Positions 1 to 7,835 of a stretch of DNA of 48,589 bases are shown here, in pieces; within the stretch, counting starts at the first letter, position 1, and every line of letters starts with the position of its first letter. The notes under the pieces are model-generated. The model worked only from the letters and a program-made list of their open reading frames with translations, did not search any database and had not been told where the DNA came from. A program made the translations under genes and the position numbers. This DNA is from Dehalococcoidia bacterium (lineage in GTDB: Bacteria; Chloroflexota; Dehalococcoidia; Lucifugimonadales; UBA3495). The DNA lies in contig JAJEDS010000190.1 of the NCBI GenBank assembly GCA_022821365.1, positions 1 to 48,589 of the forward strand, given 5' to 3'.

Positions 1-2
1 AG

Positions 3-1187
3 GACTCGTATGCCAGGTTTAATCAGAAAGACCACATGGGCTCTCAGATGGTCTGGGATGCCTATTACAACGCTGAAAGGGACAAGCTGAAGGACAAGCA
101 GCGCCTGCTGATGAGCAAGGGACGCCTCGGCTACGAGTCCACCGCCTGGGGCCTGGACTCCGCCGCGGATTCTCTGCTTTCATTGATGAACTTCTCCAAG
201 AACCAGCCGGACACGAGGGCTACCGCATGGCAATCGGACCTGGAGCCCTCGCCCGTGGGCCGGCCGGAAACCACTCCCAAGGAAGCCTCTCAGATTGTGC
301 GAAAGGCCGCTGAACTCCTGGGCGCGGACCAGGTTGGCTTTGCCGAACTCGACCGCCGCTGGGTCTATTCCCATTACTTTGACGCTGATACCAAGCAAGC
401 CTTCCCCATCAAGTTTTCCGATGAACCCGGTTACGAGCAGCATGACCGGCCCGTTCGCCTGGAAGACGGCACCCGCGTCATTCCAAAGGAGATGAAGTAC
501 GTGGTGGTGATGCTCCACGAGTGGGGAAAGGACCTGGATGGCACGGAGCATGCGCCCACCCTTCTCACCGAGGGTCTCAGCACGCTGGCGTACGCCCGCA
601 TGGCGCCCACCCTCTGGATGGTGGCTGAGTTCATCAGGGGACTGGGCTACAACGCAATCCCGGCAGCCAACGATACGGCCCTGAGCATTCCGTTGGCCAT
701 TGACGCGGGTCTCGGCCAGGTAGGCAGGCACGGAATGTTGATTAACCCCAAGGTCGGGGCGCGCTGCCGCATATCCAAGATCTTCACCGACCTGCCCCTG
801 GAGCCCGCCGGCGCGGTGGATTCCGGCATCACCGAGTTCTGCAACGCATGCCTGAAGTGCGTACCCAAGTGCGGCACAAAGGCCATAACGACAGGCGAAC
901 GGACTTTCGATCCCATTGACGAAAGCAATGCCAGCGGGGTGCTTACCTGGAAACTGGACGCAAAGAAGTGCATGACTTTCCAGAACCGGGTGGGGAGCAC
1001 CTGCAGCACCTGCGTGCGCCGGTGCGCCTGGACCAAGCCGCCCAACAGGATGTATGCAATCCCGCGTTTCTTTATCAGGAACTTCCGGTGGAGATGGTTG
1101 AACAAGACCTGGATTTGGCTGGACGACCTGGCGGGAAACGGAAAGTTTGACAAGAAGTCAAACGACTTCTGGGTGAGCAGCCGCTAG
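3..1187 (+). CDS. Reductive dehalogenase (RdhA)-family corrinoid/Fe-S protein, 5' end cut by the window edge
   Basis: The frame is open from nt 3, with no stop before the first ATG at 36. Translation shows RdhA-like motifs: ARFNQKD near the start, KAAELLGADQVGFAELDRRWVYSH, and two C-terminal Fe-S motifs, CNACLKCVPKC (CxxCxxCxxxC) and C-x10-CSTCVRRC. Confidence 0.6.
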   Translation, partial: DSYARFNQKDHMGSQMVWDAYYNAERDKLKDKQRLLMSKGRLGYESTAWGLDSAADSLLSLMNFSKNQPDTRATAWQSDLEPSPVGRPETTPKEASQIVRKAAELLGADQVGFAELDRRWVYSHYFDADTKQAFPIKFSDEPGYEQHDRPVRLEDGTRVIPKEMKYVVVMLHEWGKDLDGTEHAPTLLTEGLSTLAYARMAPTLWMVAEFIRGLGYNAIPAANDTALSIPLAIDAGLGQVGRHGMLINPKVGARCRISKIFTDLPLEPAGAVDSGITEFCNACLKCVPKCGTKAITTGERTFDPIDESNASGVLTWKLDAKKCMTFQNRVGSTCSTCVRRCAWTKPPNRMYAIPRFFIRNFRWRWLNKTWIWLDDLAGNGKFDKKSNDFWVSSR

Positions 1188-1248
1188 GAACTGTCGTCAG
1201 CTTTATGGTCGGATTCTCCGAGTGTCCTGTTTCGTCATACCGGGTACT

Positions 1249-1277
1249 GTCATACCCGCGAAAGCCGGTATCCAGGA
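1249..1277 (+). repeat. Palindromic repeat unit, family C (GTCATACCCGCGAAAGCCGGTATCCAGGA)
   Basis: Imperfect hairpin unit, preceded by a partial copy (gtcataccggg, 1234-1244). It has the same architecture as the units at 1316-1344 and 37895-37927. Confidence 0.6.
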
Positions 1278-1315
1278 GCCATTGCGCTCCATTCGCTGGA
1301 TTGGACCTGGCCATT

Positions 1316-1344
1316 CTGGATTCCGGCTCGAGGCCGGAATGACG
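1316..1344 (-). repeat. Palindromic repeat unit, family C (reverse orientation)
   Basis: ctggATTCCGGCtcgagGCCGGAATgacg forms a perfect 8-bp stem. Its reverse complement (cgtcattccggcctcgagccggaatccag) closely matches 37895-37927. Confidence 0.65.
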
Positions 1345-1394
1345 ATTTGGGCTGAAGGCGACTTCGCGAATCTGAACAGTTACAATAAGAAGGC

Positions 1395-1427
1395 CCCCGG
1401 AGTCCCAATTTAGGGAGACTCCAGGGG
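1395..1427. terminator. Hairpin between the convergent rdhA-like and VOC genes (possible bidirectional terminator)
   Basis: CCCCGGAGTC-N12-GACTCC(A)GGGG, followed by a T-rich stretch (actttgatttctg) on the + strand. Confidence 0.4.
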
Positions 1428-1478
1428 ACTTTGATTTCTGCGGGGCGGCTGTCAGGGCAGCCGGGCCGCGATGAAGGG

Positions 1479-1928
1479 TTACTTCATAAACTTCGCCGCC
1501 GAGGGCACCGGGTCAGGGTCGCCCATCGGGTCCCTTTCGTCCTCTTTGGTCTGTATTTCGATTTGCAGCCTGATGCCGTTGGGGTCGCTGAAGTAGAAAG
1601 TCTTGCCCCAATGCCTCTCGATTACATCGGTAACTTCCACGCCGTTGTCCTTCAGCAGTTGTAATGCTTCGTCGAACTCTGCTTCGGTGGCGACCGGAAT
1701 GGCGAAGTGGTTCAGGTACTGGTTGCTGGTCGTGGTGAGGTCCGCGTCGGTCTCGAAGAAAGCGAAGGCGTTCCCCCCGCCAATCTCCACGTTATAGTGC
1801 CGCCCTCCGCTGGGAGTGCGCATGGTCCGGGCTATCTTCATTCCCAGGATGCAGCAATAGAACTGGACTGTAGCTTCCATGTCGTTGGTGTTGACGGCCA
1901 CGTGGTCGATGTTGGTTGTCTTGAACAT
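1479..1928 (-). CDS. VOC-family protein (glyoxalase/bleomycin-resistance/dioxygenase fold)
   Basis: 149-aa ORF with a typical VOC N-terminus (IDHVAVNTNDMEATVQFYCCILGM) and a second half reading LNHFAIPV...DPNGIRLQI. GGAGG lies 7 nt upstream of the ATG at 1928. Confidence 0.75.
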   Translation of the reverse strand: MFKTTNIDHVAVNTNDMEATVQFYCCILGMKIARTMRTPSGGRHYNVEIGGGNAFAFFETDADLTTTSNQYLNHFAIPVATEAEFDEALQLLKDNGVEVTDVIERHWGKTFYFSDPNGIRLQIEIQTKEDERDPMGDPDPVPSAAKFMK

Positions 1929-2145
1929 GGTGCTGCCTCCTTTTATTGTGGAGTTGTCTTGATATTACCAGAGGGACTGTTCCGACGGTAGACTTGGATG
2001 CCCGGCCTTATTGCCTGACCCTGTCCTCATTTCATACGAAGAAGAAACCCGGTTGGCCCGGGTTCCAGGCTCCCGACTTCGCGGCAAGGACGGGTTTCCC
2101 CCTAATCTGGAATGCGATAGTCTTGCCCCAGCGTCAACCCTTTCG

Positions 2146-2174
2146 TTGACATTCGATTTGGCCAATCCTAATAT
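2146..2174 (+). promoter_or_regulatory. Candidate sigma70-type promoter of DUF1800-DUF1501-NHL cassette 1
   Basis: TTGACA (2146-2151), 17-nt spacer, TAATAT (2169-2174), about 55 nt upstream of the ATG at 2230. Confidence 0.55.
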
Positions 2175-2229
2175 GTGGTGAAAAGGCGCCCGTATCAGTG
2201 CTTTGGGCTCGAAAAACGGAGAGGCGGTT

Positions 2230-3639
2230 ATGCCCCACCAGGAAGACGTCCGGTTGATGGCCCACTTGATGAGACGCGCAGGCTTCGGCGATCCCCGCGA
2301 GGAACTGGAGAAGCGTGTCTCCAAAGGCTACGAAGCCGTGGTCGAGGAGCTGCTTTATCCGGAGCGGCAGCCGGCTATTGACGAAGAACTGCTGTACCGG
2401 TACTTCCCGGGTTATGAGGGGGCCGGTGCGCCGCCAATTAACCAAGCCAACTGGGTGTACCGGATGATCAACACCAGGCGGCCCCTGGAAGAGAAAATGG
2501 CCCTCTTCTGGCACCAGTTGTTCGCCACCGGCAACTCCAAGGTGGACAATCCGCCGGAGATGACTCGCCAGATTGCCATTTTCCGGGAGCACGGACTGGG
2601 CGCCTTCCGCGACCTGCTGGTAGAAGTTGCCAAGTCGCCCGCCATTATCTTCTGGCTGGACAACCACGGGAATCGCGACGGCGCCATAAACGAAAACTGG
2701 GGGCGGGAGCTGCTGGAGCTTTTCTCCATGGGGGTCGGAAACTACTCCGAGGACGATATCAAGGAAGCAGCCAGGGCCTTTACCGGCTGGACCATTGCTC
2801 CCAAGATTCCCCGCAATCCCTATGGTCGTTTCCACTGGCAGTTCGAGTACAAACCTGAGAATCACGACAGTAGAGAAAAGACCTTTCTGGGGCATACCGG
2901 CAACTTCAATGGCGAAGATATCGTCGACATTATTGTCGACCAGCCGGCTACGGCCCGGTTCCTGGCCCGCCACCTCTACCGCTTTTTCGTCGCGGACGAG
3001 CCCCACGTGTCCACCTGGAACATTACCCCACCCGTTGACCCTGAAGCCATCGAGTTCCTGGTGAACGTCTACAATGAGTCCCGCGGCGACATCCGGTCGA
3101 TTTTGCGAGCGCTGTTCAATTCACACTACTTCAAGAATGCCCGGTTCGCCCGGGTGAAATGCCCCGCTGAATTGGTCGTTGGCGCCGTGCGTTTGGCTGG
3201 CAACTATAACGGCTTCAAGCCGGGATTCAACAACCTGGCGCTGGAATGCGGCTGGCAGGGACAGGAGCTTCTCAATCCCCCCAGCGTGGAGGGTTGGCAC
3301 GCCGGCTCCGAATGGATCGACCCCGGCGTCTTGATGCGCAGGGTTAATTTTGCTGCCAGGGTATTTGGAGATGTCTCGCTGCCCGGTGTGCAGGCTATCA
3401 TCAAACGGGTGGTGGTCAATGCCCATGGGGATCCTTCTCCCCAAGCGATAGTGGCAGCCTGTCTTGATGCCATGGGACCACTGGAAGTCGGCGAAGCGAC
3501 TTACTCGGAGTTGATCGCCCATGCCGAAAGGTGCGGAGACCTGGCCTGGGGCACCAGCGAGGAACTGCTTGCTACATTGCGGAATGTGAGCAAGATATTG
3601 ACCTTGATCGCAGCCTCCCGAGAGTTTCAGTTTGCCTAG
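2230..3639 (+). CDS. DUF1800 family protein (copy 1)
   Basis: The ORF is open from TTG 2203. ATG 2230 follows GGAGAGG. The N-terminus LMAHLMRRAGFG and the motifs MALFWHQLFAT, ENWGRELLELFSMGVG and FTGWT are typical of DUF1800. It is a paralogue of 38538-39956. Confidence 0.85.
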   Translation: MPHQEDVRLMAHLMRRAGFGDPREELEKRVSKGYEAVVEELLYPERQPAIDEELLYRYFPGYEGAGAPPINQANWVYRMINTRRPLEEKMALFWHQLFATGNSKVDNPPEMTRQIAIFREHGLGAFRDLLVEVAKSPAIIFWLDNHGNRDGAINENWGRELLELFSMGVGNYSEDDIKEAARAFTGWTIAPKIPRNPYGRFHWQFEYKPENHDSREKTFLGHTGNFNGEDIVDIIVDQPATARFLARHLYRFFVADEPHVSTWNITPPVDPEAIEFLVNVYNESRGDIRSILRALFNSHYFKNARFARVKCPAELVVGAVRLAGNYNGFKPGFNNLALECGWQGQELLNPPSVEGWHAGSEWIDPGVLMRRVNFAARVFGDVSLPGVQAIIKRVVVNAHGDPSPQAIVAACLDAMGPLEVGEATYSELIAHAERCGDLAWGTSEELLATLRNVSKILTLIAASREFQFA

Positions 3640-3642
3640 AAG

Positions 3643-3692
3643 GCATTAAAGAGTCCTTCCCCCTTGACGGAGGAAGGTCAGGATGGGGGTGA
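3643..3692 (-). repeat. Intergenic hairpin repeat, family B (reverse orientation)
   Basis: The reverse complement reads acccccatcctgaCCTTCCtccgtcaaggGGGAAGGactctttaatg. This matches the family pattern: C-rich arm, GTCAA loop, G-rich arm, GGACT-tail. Confidence 0.55.
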
Positions 3693-3711
3693 TAGCTCGC
3701 TGTCGGGAGAT

Positions 3712-3760
3712 TCCCCCTCACCCTAATCCTCTCCCACCAGGTGAGAGGGGACTTATTCAG
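3712..3760 (+). repeat. Intergenic hairpin repeat, family B variant
   Basis: ccccctcaccctaatCCTCTCcCACcagGTGaGAGAGGggacttattcag. It shares the leader (cacccta) and the tail (GGACTTATTC) with 4958-5003 and 11319-11362. Confidence 0.55.
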
Positions 3761-3799
3761 ACCTTCCTTAGCAAGCGCCTGCAACTGATGTAGAGGGAT

Positions 3800-4687
3800 A
3801 TGAAGATGGCATCTACCTATAAGGACCCCGTGCTGGTGGTACTGGAGCTGACCGGGGCTAACGATTACCTCAATACCATCGTTCCCTACAGCGATCCCCT
3901 GTATTGGGATAACCGACCCAAAGTTCATATCTCGGAAGACCAATTGCTTCCCATAGATGACCGGTTGGCATTCCGTTCTGATATAGAGCCGCTGAAAGAA
4001 ATCTACGACCAGGGCGACATGGCAATCATACACGGTATCGGGTTCGAAAATTCGCCCCGTTCCCATTTCCGCGCCATGGACATCTGGCACACTTGCGAGC
4101 CGGATTCCATCGGGATTGATGGCTGGCTGGCCAAGGTGGTCCGGGACCTGGATCCCGGCGGCGAGAACGTGCTCAAGGGAGTGAGCCTGGGACAGGGCCT
4201 GCCTCGGGCGCTGGCGATGAAGGGCGTCCCCGTCACTTCGGTCAACAACCTCCCTACCTACGGCGTGTTGTCGTCAAATCCGGCTATCACCTCCGAGCGG
4301 GACCGGACGCAGCTATTGGAAAGTTTTGCCCGCATGTATGCTCCCGCCATCGGCACCGGACCGACCATGGAATACCTGGGACAGGCGGGACGGGATGCGT
4401 TGAGGGGAGCCGACATCATCCGGGTTGCTCCCCAGGCCTATTCTTCAACCGTAGAGTACGCCAATAACCCCATCGCCAGGCGCCTCAGGGATGTGGCCCA
4501 GGTGCATCTGGCCGGCCTGGGCACCCAGGTGTTTTACACTGCCTACGGGTCCTTCGATACCCACTATGACCAGATGGGATCACATACCAAACTCTGGATG
4601 GACATTTCCGTTGCCATACGAGACTTCTTCGCGGACCTGCGTGAGCACGGCGCCTCGGAAGAGGTCGTCATCATGCTGTTCAGCTAG
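3800..4687 (+). CDS. DUF1501 family protein (copy 1), N-terminal 295 codons ending at an in-frame TAG
   Basis: ATG 3800 follows GAGGGA. DUF1501/sulfatase-like motifs are present (SHFRAMDIWHTCEP, GLPRAL, FDTH). The ORF stops at TAG 4685-4687, where the paralogue at 39979-41115 has Glu in the motif TEFGRR. Confidence 0.8.
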   Translation: MKMASTYKDPVLVVLELTGANDYLNTIVPYSDPLYWDNRPKVHISEDQLLPIDDRLAFRSDIEPLKEIYDQGDMAIIHGIGFENSPRSHFRAMDIWHTCEPDSIGIDGWLAKVVRDLDPGGENVLKGVSLGQGLPRALAMKGVPVTSVNNLPTYGVLSSNPAITSERDRTQLLESFARMYAPAIGTGPTMEYLGQAGRDALRGADIIRVAPQAYSSTVEYANNPIARRLRDVAQVHLAGLGTQVFYTAYGSFDTHYDQMGSHTKLWMDISVAIRDFFADLREHGASEEVVIMLFS

Positions 4688-4942
4688 TTTGGGCGCCGCG
4701 TCCGCGACAACGGCACTGGCACCGACCACGGAGCGGCCGGGGCGGCCTTCGCCATCGGAGACCGGGTGAACGGGGGAATGTATGGGACCTATCCGTCGCT
4801 GAAACCGGGCGATCTCATTGAGGGCGACCTGGCGCCCAATTACGATTTCCGTGGCTTTTACTCCACCCTGGCGGAAAAGTGGCTGGGCCTGGACCCGGTT
4901 CCCATCGTAGGCGGACACTTCGAGCAAATGGCATTCGTATAA
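4688..4942 (+). pseudogene. In-frame continuation of DUF1501 copy 1 (C-terminal 84 codons downstream of the TAG)
   Basis: The same frame reads FGRRVRDNGTGTDHGAAGAAFAIGDRVNGGMYGTYPSL...IVGGHFEQMAFV, then TAA at 4940-4942. It is colinear with the paralogue's FGRRISDNGSGTDHGAGGIAFVVGEHVKGGIYGEYPSL...IVGGSFEKVNFL. Confidence 0.75.
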
Positions 4943-4957
4943 TTGTGAGCGGGGGCG

Positions 4958-5003
4958 CCCCATCCTAACCTTCCCTCGTCAAGGAGGAAAGGACTTATTC
5001 GAG
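4958..5003 (+). repeat. Intergenic hairpin repeat, family B
   Basis: gccccatcctaaCCTTCCCTCgtcaagGAGGAAAGGacttattcgag, lying between DUF1501 copy 1 and NHL copy 1. Confidence 0.55.
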
Positions 5004-5014
5004 GGAGACTGATT

Positions 5015-6013
5015 ATGCTAACCACCGTCGCCGCTGGCCGAGTGTATGACTACAGCTACTGCATCGGCATGTACAGTCAGGCGGGCCGGGGATTTTGGGC
5101 TCCCCAGGACTTTGTGCTGGGACCGAACGGCCGAATGTATGTGTTGAGCCGCGGTGTGGAGCAATTGGGTCAGCGCGTCAGCAAAGTCACCCTGGACCAC
5201 GAGTTTCAAGGCCAGTTCGGCTCCGTCGGCGCGGAGGACGGGCGCTTTGTCTGGCCCCGATCCATTGATTTGGATGACCACGGACGAGTTTTCGTTTCGG
5301 ATGAGCACCTGAACCGGATAACCATTTACGACGAAGAGGGTGGTTATCGGTATCATTGGGGTAGGTCCGGCAGCGGGGACGGGCAGCTGAACGGACCGTC
5401 GGGCATTGCCTTCGATTCCAGAGGCGCCATTTGGGTGGTGGACAGCCTGAATCACCGGGTGCAGAGTTTCAGCCAGATCGGTGAGTTTCAGTCCGCATTC
5501 GGGAAACAAGGCGCCGGTGACGGAGAACTGGAAATGCCATGGGGCATCTGCGTTGACCGCCAGGACAACATATACGTAGCGGACTGGGGAAACAACCGGG
5601 TGCAAAAGTTCGCTCCCACCGGGGAGTTGCTGGTCAAGTTCGAGGGGACAAGCGCCGGCGTTGGCTCTCTGAAAGGGCCGTCCGGTGTAGCTGTGGACTC
5701 GGAAGGGGATGTATACGTAACGGATTGGGGCAACCACCGCGTCCAAATCTACGCTCCTGACGGCCAGTACATCACGGCGCTGGTCGGTGACGCCCAGGAG
5801 CTTTCGCCATGGGCTAAGGCTTACATTGACGCCAATCCGGATCTCATCAAAGCCAGGCGGCGGACAGACCTGGAGCCGGAATGGCGGTTCCGGCGACCGG
5901 TGGCCGTCAACGTGGACGCCGATGACCGGATAGTAGTTTTGGAGTCCTACCACCACCGGCTTCAAATCTACAACAAGCTAAAGGACTACGTGGAACCGGC
6001 GATAAACCTTTAG
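5015..6013 (+). CDS. NHL-repeat (six-bladed beta-propeller) protein (copy 1)
   Basis: Repeated blocks of the type G.G.GQL..P.GIA.D..G.I.V.D..N.RVQ.F occur about six times. GAGGGAG lies upstream of ATG 5015. It is a paralogue of 41272-42276. Confidence 0.85.
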   Translation: MLTTVAAGRVYDYSYCIGMYSQAGRGFWAPQDFVLGPNGRMYVLSRGVEQLGQRVSKVTLDHEFQGQFGSVGAEDGRFVWPRSIDLDDHGRVFVSDEHLNRITIYDEEGGYRYHWGRSGSGDGQLNGPSGIAFDSRGAIWVVDSLNHRVQSFSQIGEFQSAFGKQGAGDGELEMPWGICVDRQDNIYVADWGNNRVQKFAPTGELLVKFEGTSAGVGSLKGPSGVAVDSEGDVYVTDWGNHRVQIYAPDGQYITALVGDAQELSPWAKAYIDANPDLIKARRRTDLEPEWRFRRPVAVNVDADDRIVVLESYHHRLQIYNKLKDYVEPAINL

Positions 6014-6022
6014 GGCGTATCC

Positions 6023-6064
6023 CACACCAGCAGGGGCGATTCGCGAATCGCCCCTACTGGTGTG
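6023..6064. terminator. Long palindrome between convergent genes (bidirectional terminator candidate)
   Basis: CACACCAGcAGGGGCGATTCG/CGAATCGCCCCTaCTGGTGTG. The stem potential is about 20 bp and there is no clear T-tract. Confidence 0.5.
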
Positions 6065-6090
6065 GTGTGTGTTCGTGAAGGACGAAAGAC

Positions 6091-6140
6091 ACCCTCATCC
6101 CCTATCTAGCTTTTTCCCGTCAAAAAGGGAACGGACTCTT
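6091..6140 (+). repeat. Intergenic hairpin repeat, family B
   Basis: accctcatcccctatctagcttTTTCCCgtcaaaaaGGGAAcggactctt. Confidence 0.45.
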
Positions 6141-6236
6141 GACGGGGGCTATGGCATCAGGTGATTGGGGAGTAAGCATCGTTCCCTCGAGGCGATAGCA
6201 TCGCCACTGGTCATTCACCACACCGACCTCGCCTGC

Positions 6237-7610
6237 TCACCCGCCCAGCAGGCCGGTCAACTCCCGTACACTATCCAGGCTGTCCAGCCGCCCCACGGCA
6301 GCGATAACCTGTTCGGTTGCTTCGTCTCCCAGGCTCTCGCCGGCCAGGGATCGGAACTTGTCCAGCAGATCCTCCCTGGGCCGGGGGTTGTGGCTGTCGC
6401 CGTAGTGGGCGCCGGCGCTGCCTTCCAGCGTCCGGCCGTCGTCCAGGGTAATGGCCACCCTTGCCGCCGGGTAGTCATAACGGCGCATGTTCATGTCCGG
6501 GTCCGAGTTGATCTCAACCCGATCGGCCAGGGACCGCACGGCTGGGTCTCCCACCCGTTGGTCATAGAAGGCCGGAGCGCCGGTTTCGCCCCGCACCAGG
6601 GCGGCGGCCAGGGCGTAGGGTATGGAGAACTTGGCGGACAGCATGTTCTCCGGCGCGGGATTGGCCATTATCCGCACTATGGGCGGCGCGGTAACGTCAA
6701 TGCGCTTGACGGCCTCGGCCCTGAAGCCATCCTGCTGCTGCAGCGCCAGGGCCGCGTCCAAGACCGGGTGGTTGTAAAGGCAGCAGGCGTGGTATTTGGT
6801 GTAGTTCTGCTCGATGCGCAGTGGCCCGATGGGGCCGGCATCGCCCCAGCCGGCAACCACCGCCTCCGGGTCAAAGCCCTCGCCCAGAATGCTGGTGTAC
6901 AGGTCAGCAGGCCCATCGTTGACGGCGGTGAAGCCGCACTGCCCCAGGTAGGCGGCCATTATTCCCTGGAACTCGGAGCGGCCGGGGTACAGGTTGCGGA
7001 TGGTGGCCCCCTCCAGGCAGGGAGTCCAGGTGTTGGCCGGGCTCATGGACATGGCCAGGTTCATAGCCTGCCGGGTGGCCGCGGCATCGTAACCCAGCAG
7101 TTTCGCCGTGGCCGCTGCCGCGCCGATGGTGCCCCAGGTGCCGTGGGAGTGGACTTCAGACTTTGCCTGTACGCCCGTCCCGATGCGGGAGGTAACCTCG
7201 TAACCCACGATCACCGCCTCCAGGGCAGCCCTGCCGGTGGCCCCCACCTCCTCGGTCACGGCAATGGCCCCGGGTGTTACGTGGATGGAGGGATGCCCGC
7301 CGCCCAGCCGGCTGCCCTCGTCCAACTCCAACGCCACCCCGGCAGTGGCGTTGACCAGCGCAGCGAATACAGGCTGCACCCGCCCGACCCGGTGCCCAAG
7401 GATGGTAGCGTGCCCCGCGCCGCTCATAGTCCGGGCCAACCTGGCCAGGCTCTCGTTCTCCGCCAGCCGGCTGCCACCCAAAATGGCCCCAACGGTATCC
7501 AGCACCACGTCCCGGGCCGCTGCCAGGGTAGATTCTGACAGGTCTTCCAGCCGGGTTTCCGCTACAAACCTGGAGAGTTTATCGAGGTAATCGGAAGGGT
7601 GGTTGTTCAT
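6237..7610 (-). CDS. MmgE/PrpD family protein (2-methylcitrate dehydratase-like)
   Basis: The 457-aa product starts MNNHPSDYLDKLSRFVAETRLEDL (a typical PrpD-family N-terminus). GGAGG lies 7 nt upstream of ATG 7610. The track ORF extends further upstream to 8021, but that part has no family-like sequence. Confidence 0.8.
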   Translation of the reverse strand: MNNHPSDYLDKLSRFVAETRLEDLSESTLAAARDVVLDTVGAILGGSRLAENESLARLARTMSGAGHATILGHRVGRVQPVFAALVNATAGVALELDEGSRLGGGHPSIHVTPGAIAVTEEVGATGRAALEAVIVGYEVTSRIGTGVQAKSEVHSHGTWGTIGAAAATAKLLGYDAAATRQAMNLAMSMSPANTWTPCLEGATIRNLYPGRSEFQGIMAAYLGQCGFTAVNDGPADLYTSILGEGFDPEAVVAGWGDAGPIGPLRIEQNYTKYHACCLYNHPVLDAALALQQQDGFRAEAVKRIDVTAPPIVRIMANPAPENMLSAKFSIPYALAAALVRGETGAPAFYDQRVGDPAVRSLADRVEINSDPDMNMRRYDYPAARVAITLDDGRTLEGSAGAHYGDSHNPRPREDLLDKFRSLAGESLGDEATEQVIAAVGRLDSLDSVRELTGLLGG

Positions 7611-7835
7611 TGGGAGACCTCCGGGGGGCGGACGAATAGATTGGTGACAAGATGTGCCTATCTTAACAGATGGCAGCCGGATGCTTGCGGTGAAACACGA
7701 GGGGCGCGAAAGGTAAGGTAGCGCATGGGCCGCTGGACCGATCGTCGACTCTGTAGAATCAACCCGTCCTTGAAAAGGACAGGCCGCAGCTTTACCATAC
7801 GGTACAGCAAATTTCGGCGCAGGCCAGGTGCGACT

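Noticed and set aside
6165-7538. Long antisense ORFs opposite well-supported genes. Examples: 6165-7538 (+), 9274-10365 (+), 11445-12713 (+), 12978-14141 (+), 24018-25163 (-), 26951-28372 (-), 38523-40034 (-), 39931-41322 (-) and 43462-44412 (+).
   Set aside because: Each lies opposite a gene with clear family motifs (PrpD-like, aroC, valS, polX, rpsA, DUF1800/DUF1501, sucD). Their translations are Gly/Ala/Arg/His/Val/Pro-rich low-information sequence, typical of mirror frames in roughly 60% G+C DNA. They show no recognisable motifs and no ribosome-binding sites.
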